Shown here piece after piece: positions 60,194 to 64,000 of a DNA stretch of 64,000 nucleotides. The translations under genes were made by a program, and so were the position numbers. The first letter of the stretch is position 1. The number at the start of each line of letters is the position of its first letter. Where the stretch lies: assembly GCA_030528385.1 (NCBI GenBank), contig JAUMYZ010000001.1, positions 174,382-238,381 on the forward strand. The letters are read 5' to 3'. The notes under the pieces are model-generated. The model saw only the letters and a program-made list of their open reading frames with translations, searched no databases and was not told the DNA's origin. The stretch is from Moraxella sp. (GTDB lineage Bacteria > Pseudomonadota > Gammaproteobacteria > Pseudomonadales > Moraxellaceae).

Positions 60194-62857
60194 TCAAGAA
60201 AGTTGTTCGCTAAGTTGGCTGCGTAAGCCGTCAAGTATGGCAGCCAAATCGTCTGACCTGCCAGCACCGCCTTGGGCGTAGTCAGGCTTGCCACCACCTT
60301 TGCCACCAAGCGCACCTGCCAAATAACGTATGACGTCGCCAGCTTTGGTTTTGTTTTGGGCTTCTTTGGCAACGCTGGCTGCCAGTGCCAACTCTTGGGT
60401 TTCACCAACCAGCACGATGACGGCATTGGGCAGGCGTGATTTTAGGGTGTCCATCAAGGCACGAATGCTTTTAGCGTCAATGCCTGCCACTTTTTCTACC
60501 AATAAGTTTGTGCCATTGATGTCTGTGGCACACTCAAGCAGGGCGCTGGCTTGATGACTGGCAAGTTTTTGCTCGGCTCGTTCTAGTTGTTTTTCAAGCT
60601 CACGTTGTTTGTCGGTCAGGCTTTGAACACGTGCTTCAATCTCATGGCGTTTGGCTTTAAAACTGGTGGCTAGGTGGTTTAAAATCTTGTCGCCAGCTTG
60701 CACATAACGCAGTGCTCCCATGCCAGTCAAGGCTTCAATACGGCGAATGCCAGCAGCGATGCCACTTTCAGAGACAATTTTAAACAACCCAATATCGCCA
60801 GTTTGTCCCACATGAATGCCGCCGCACAGCTCAATAGAAAATGGCGTGTGGTCGCTGTTTTGACCCATAGTTAAAACCCGCACCGTGTCGCCATATTTTT
60901 CACCAAACAGAGCCATTGCGCCTTTTTTCATGGCACTGTCAATGTCCATGTATTCAATCTGTACAGGAGTGTTTTGTTGGATTTGGGCATTGACCAAGCG
61001 CTCAATGCGTGTCAAATCATCGTCGCTAACAGGGGTGTCGTGCGAGAAGTCAAAACGCAACACGTCGCTAGAAACCAGCGAGCCTTTTTGGTTGACATTT
61101 GTGCCAAGCAGCGAGCGCAAGGCGGCGTGAAGCAAATGGGTGGCAGAGTGGTTTTTGGCGCTGGCAGCGCGAATGTCGCTGATGACTTGGGCGTTGGCGC
61201 TTTGGGCGTTTTCAACAAAACCCATTTTGACAGCGCCATAGTGAATGATGGTTGTGCCAGATTTTTGGGTGTCTTCTACATAAAAGACGCCAGATGGGGT
61301 GCTGATTTCGCCCGTTTCGCCCACTTGACCGCCGCTTTCGGCATAAAAGGGGGTGGCAGACAGCACCACGATGCCTTTGCTGCCTTCATCAAGGCGCGCA
61401 ACCGCTTTGCCGTTTTGGTATAAACCAACGATGTTGCTTTGATAATCCAGCAAATCATAGCCAACAAACTCAGTTGGTGTGTCAATCTTGATGGCGGCGG
61501 TATAATCTACGTCAAATTTGCCCGCTTCTCTGGCGCGTTGGCGCTGCTCTTGCATGTGTGCCCCAAAGCCAATCTCATCAATGCCAATGCCACGCTCACG
61601 GGCGATGTCGGCGGTCAAATCCACAGGGAAACCATAAGTGTCGTACAGTTTAAAGACCGCTTCACCTGATAAAGTGTCGCCAGCGGTGAGTTGCTCAAGC
61701 TCGCCCGACAATAGGCGCAATCCTTGGGCAAGCGTTTTGGCAAATTGTTCTTCTTCTTTTAAAATGACCGCCGCTATTTGGCTTTGTTTGCTGACAAGCT
61801 CTGGATAGGCTTCCCCCATTTCTTGGGCGAGTGTGTCAACCATTTGATAAAAAAAGTTGCCCTGCGCACCCAGTTTGTTGCCATGGCGCACCGCTCGGCG
61901 GATAATGCGCCGCAGCACATAGCCGCGACCTTCGTTGCTTGGGTGTACACCGTCAGCAATCAAAAACGACACCGCGCGAATATGGTCGGCAATCACCTTA
62001 AATGATGGCTCATAAGTGCTTGGCACACCGATAATGTTGGCGGCGGCGTCCATGAGTTTGACGAACAAATCCACTTCGTAGTTGCCATATTTGCCTTGCA
62101 TGATGGAGCTGATGCGCTCTAAGCCCATGCCTGTATCCACCGATGGTTTGGGCAGCGGCTCAAGGGTGCCATCTTTTTGGCGATTAAATTGCATAAAGAC
62201 GCAGTTCCATATCTCCACGTAGCGGTCGCCGTCTTCGTCGGGTGTGCCAGGTAGTCCGCCCGCCACTTGCTCGCCATAATCATAAAAAATTTCTGAACAA
62301 GGCCCACAAGGTCCTGTGTCGCCCATCGCCCAAAAATTGTCTGAAGCGTATTTTTCGCCTTTGTTATCACCAATGCGGATGATGCGACTTGGCTCAAGCC
62401 CGATTTCTTTGTGCCAAATGTCAAAGGCTTCATCATCGGTATGATACACAGTAACATACAAGCGCTCTTTGGGCAGAGCAAGCCATTCATCGCTGGTCAA
62501 AAACTCCCAAGCAAATTTGATAGCGTCAGCCTTAAAATAATCGCCAAAAGAAAAATTGCCCAGCATTTCAAAAAAAGTGTGATGGCGGGCGGTATAACCG
62601 ACGTTGTCAAGGTCGTTGTGTTTGCCGCCAGCGCGTACGCACTTTTGGGAACTGACCGCGCGTTGATAGTCGCGTTTTTCTAGTCCCAAAAAAGTGTCTT
62701 TAAATTGGTTCATGCCTGCGTTGGTGAACAGTAATGTGGGGTCATTGTGGGGAATCAGGCTGGACGAAGACACGTGGGTGTGATTTTTGCTGGCAAAAAA
62801 ATCAATAAAGGCTTGGCGCACTTCGGTTAACTGCATGGTTTTTTTAAGACGATTCAT
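60194..62857 (-). CDS. alaS: Alanine-tRNA ligase
   Basis: 887 aa. Class II motifs, the editing-domain HxxxH...CGGTH pattern and a C-terminal DHHA1-like region (GGKGGGKPDYAQG). Confidence 0.95.
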   Translation of the reverse strand: MNRLKKTMQLTEVRQAFIDFFASKNHTHVSSSSLIPHNDPTLLFTNAGMNQFKDTFLGLEKRDYQRAVSSQKCVRAGGKHNDLDNVGYTARHHTFFEMLGNFSFGDYFKADAIKFAWEFLTSDEWLALPKERLYVTVYHTDDEAFDIWHKEIGLEPSRIIRIGDNKGEKYASDNFWAMGDTGPCGPCSEIFYDYGEQVAGGLPGTPDEDGDRYVEIWNCVFMQFNRQKDGTLEPLPKPSVDTGMGLERISSIMQGKYGNYEVDLFVKLMDAAANIIGVPSTYEPSFKVIADHIRAVSFLIADGVHPSNEGRGYVLRRIIRRAVRHGNKLGAQGNFFYQMVDTLAQEMGEAYPELVSKQSQIAAVILKEEEQFAKTLAQGLRLLSGELEQLTAGDTLSGEAVFKLYDTYGFPVDLTADIARERGIGIDEIGFGAHMQEQRQRAREAGKFDVDYTAAIKIDTPTEFVGYDLLDYQSNIVGLYQNGKAVARLDEGSKGIVVLSATPFYAESGGQVGETGEISTPSGVFYVEDTQKSGTTIIHYGAVKMGFVENAQSANAQVISDIRAASAKNHSATHLLHAALRSLLGTNVNQKGSLVSSDVLRFDFSHDTPVSDDDLTRIERLVNAQIQQNTPVQIEYMDIDSAMKKGAMALFGEKYGDTVRVLTMGQNSDHTPFSIELCGGIHVGQTGDIGLFKIVSESGIAAGIRRIEALTGMGALRYVQAGDKILNHLATSFKAKRHEIEARVQSLTDKQRELEKQLERAEQKLASHQASALLECATDINGTNLLVEKVAGIDAKSIRALMDTLKSRLPNAVIVLVGETQELALAASVAKEAQNKTKAGDVIRYLAGALGGKGGGKPDYAQGGAGRSDDLAAILDGLRSQLSEQLS

Positions 62858-63131
62858 ATAAAATCCTTGCCTGATTGCTAAGTAAAAGCAACGATAAATT
62901 TGGTTGGCAGATGGCTACCAAAAAAGACATTTAAAACGGCTAATTCTAGCACAAACCACACCAAATAAAAGCAGTTTTCGTCAAAATGGGGTAAATTTTT
63001 GCTTGTTTGGGTTGTTGTTGTCTCAATGGGTGTTTTTGACTATAATAAAAGGTGGATTGCTGGTGTGGCAATTTATTTTTGTCTGCCCATTGATTTAATC
63101 TATTTTTCTTTAAAAATCAAATATTTAACAT

Positions 63132-63908
63132 ATGTATACCGACACACACGCCCATCTGACTTACCTAGCCGCTTACCAAAACGACCCCCAAGCCTTGCTT
63201 AAACATTTAAAACACATGAACGTTACTCGTGTGATGGCGATTATGTGCCATTTTGATGAGTTTGATGACATCAAAGGTTGGGTGGATTTATCTAATCATG
63301 ATACCAATATTGGTATGAGTGTGGGACTGCACCCCTGTCAAGACAAGAGCGTCTTGCAAGGTGTTAGCATCGATGATTTGCTTGCTTTAAATGGTGATAA
63401 CACTTGGGCGTTTGGTGAAACAGGGTTGGATTATCATTGGGACGATACCAAAAAACGTGAGCAAAAACATAGTTTTGCCACGCATATCCATGCCAGCAAA
63501 ATTACCAAAAAACCCATTATTGTTCACACACGTTCTGCTTATCATGACACACTTGATGTGCTAAAATCAGAAAAATGTGAGCATGGCATCATCCACTGTT
63601 TTACTGAAGATTATACCTTTGCAAAAACCGCTCTTGACATGGGTTTGTATATTTCATTTTCGGGGATTGTCAGCTTTAAAAAATCGGTGGATTTACAAGA
63701 AGTTGCCAAAAAACTTCCCCTTGACCGCGTTTTGATAGAAACTGACAGCCCATATCTTGCCCCTGTGCCAAAACGTGGCAAAGAAAATGAACCATCTTTT
63801 GTGCCGTATGTGGCGGCGGCTTTGGCAAACTTATTTGACAAAACGCCTGAGCAAATCGGTCAAATCACCAGCCAAAATTTTGACAATCTTTTGAGCCAAT
63901 ATCATTAA
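63132..63908 (+). CDS. TatD-family metal-dependent hydrolase (DNase)
   Basis: MYTDTHAHL, with the conserved His/Glu/Asp metal ligands spaced as in TatD/YjjV. Confidence 0.85.
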   Translation: MYTDTHAHLTYLAAYQNDPQALLKHLKHMNVTRVMAIMCHFDEFDDIKGWVDLSNHDTNIGMSVGLHPCQDKSVLQGVSIDDLLALNGDNTWAFGETGLDYHWDDTKKREQKHSFATHIHASKITKKPIIVHTRSAYHDTLDVLKSEKCEHGIIHCFTEDYTFAKTALDMGLYISFSGIVSFKKSVDLQEVAKKLPLDRVLIETDSPYLAPVPKRGKENEPSFVPYVAAALANLFDKTPEQIGQITSQNFDNLLSQYH

Positions 63909-64000
63909 TTTTACTAAAATTTTTAAAAAATGGTGGAAAAATACTGGCTTTTTTTATATAATGACTAAAATTACGATAAGCGAGTGATTATGAGAATTAA

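Overview
This 64 kb window reads as a chromosomal segment from a Moraxellaceae-like gammaproteobacterium. That assignment is inference from gene content: a fused nuoCD, alaS-lysC-csrA synteny, CsrA with a C-terminal tail, pilU and comEC. Gene density is high and almost every gene is housekeeping. In order: a partial sodium:solute symporter with its DUF4212 small subunit; a DnaQ-like exonuclease next to a cNMP/CBS/DUF294 nucleotidyltransferase-like protein; dcd; dacB; lolA; a 13-subunit NADH dehydrogenase I (nuoA-N) locus; fpr; pncA; tRNA-Leu(TAG); rimO; pyrG; kdsA; eno; ftsB; ispD; comEC; sppA; two CidA/LrgA-CidB/LrgB-like pairs flanking a lytic transglycosylase; accBC; a LOG-family protein; a DMT transporter; yajC-secDF; a CNNM/CBS protein; a five-LysM MltD; rpmBG; a HopJ-like protein; csrA; lysC; alaS; tatD. 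I found no CRISPR array, IS element, integrase or prophage signature.

Three things stand out. First, the otherwise canonical nuo operon is interrupted twice. A lower-GC orphan ORF plus a 266 bp non-coding gap sits between nuoB and nuoCD. A roughly 3.5 kb block sits between nuoCD and nuoE and carries a secreted protein, an orphan pilU translationally coupled to it, a 253 aa acidic hypothetical, a GFA-family protein and a GNAT acetyltransferase. Second, a divergent ClpX paralogue has its zinc-binding N-domain replaced by a ~190 aa novel acidic domain ending in a (GAY)10 poly-Asp tract. Its IGF loop looks degenerate, and it ends tail-to-tail with a small RHH-like gene. Third, two holin/antiholin-like pairs are arranged as an inverted duplication around a murein transglycosylase. 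Functional calls rest on recognisable family motifs read from the translations. Start sites were adjusted where the ORF track starts on TTG/GTG or where an internal ATG with a Shine-Dalgarno motif matches homologues.
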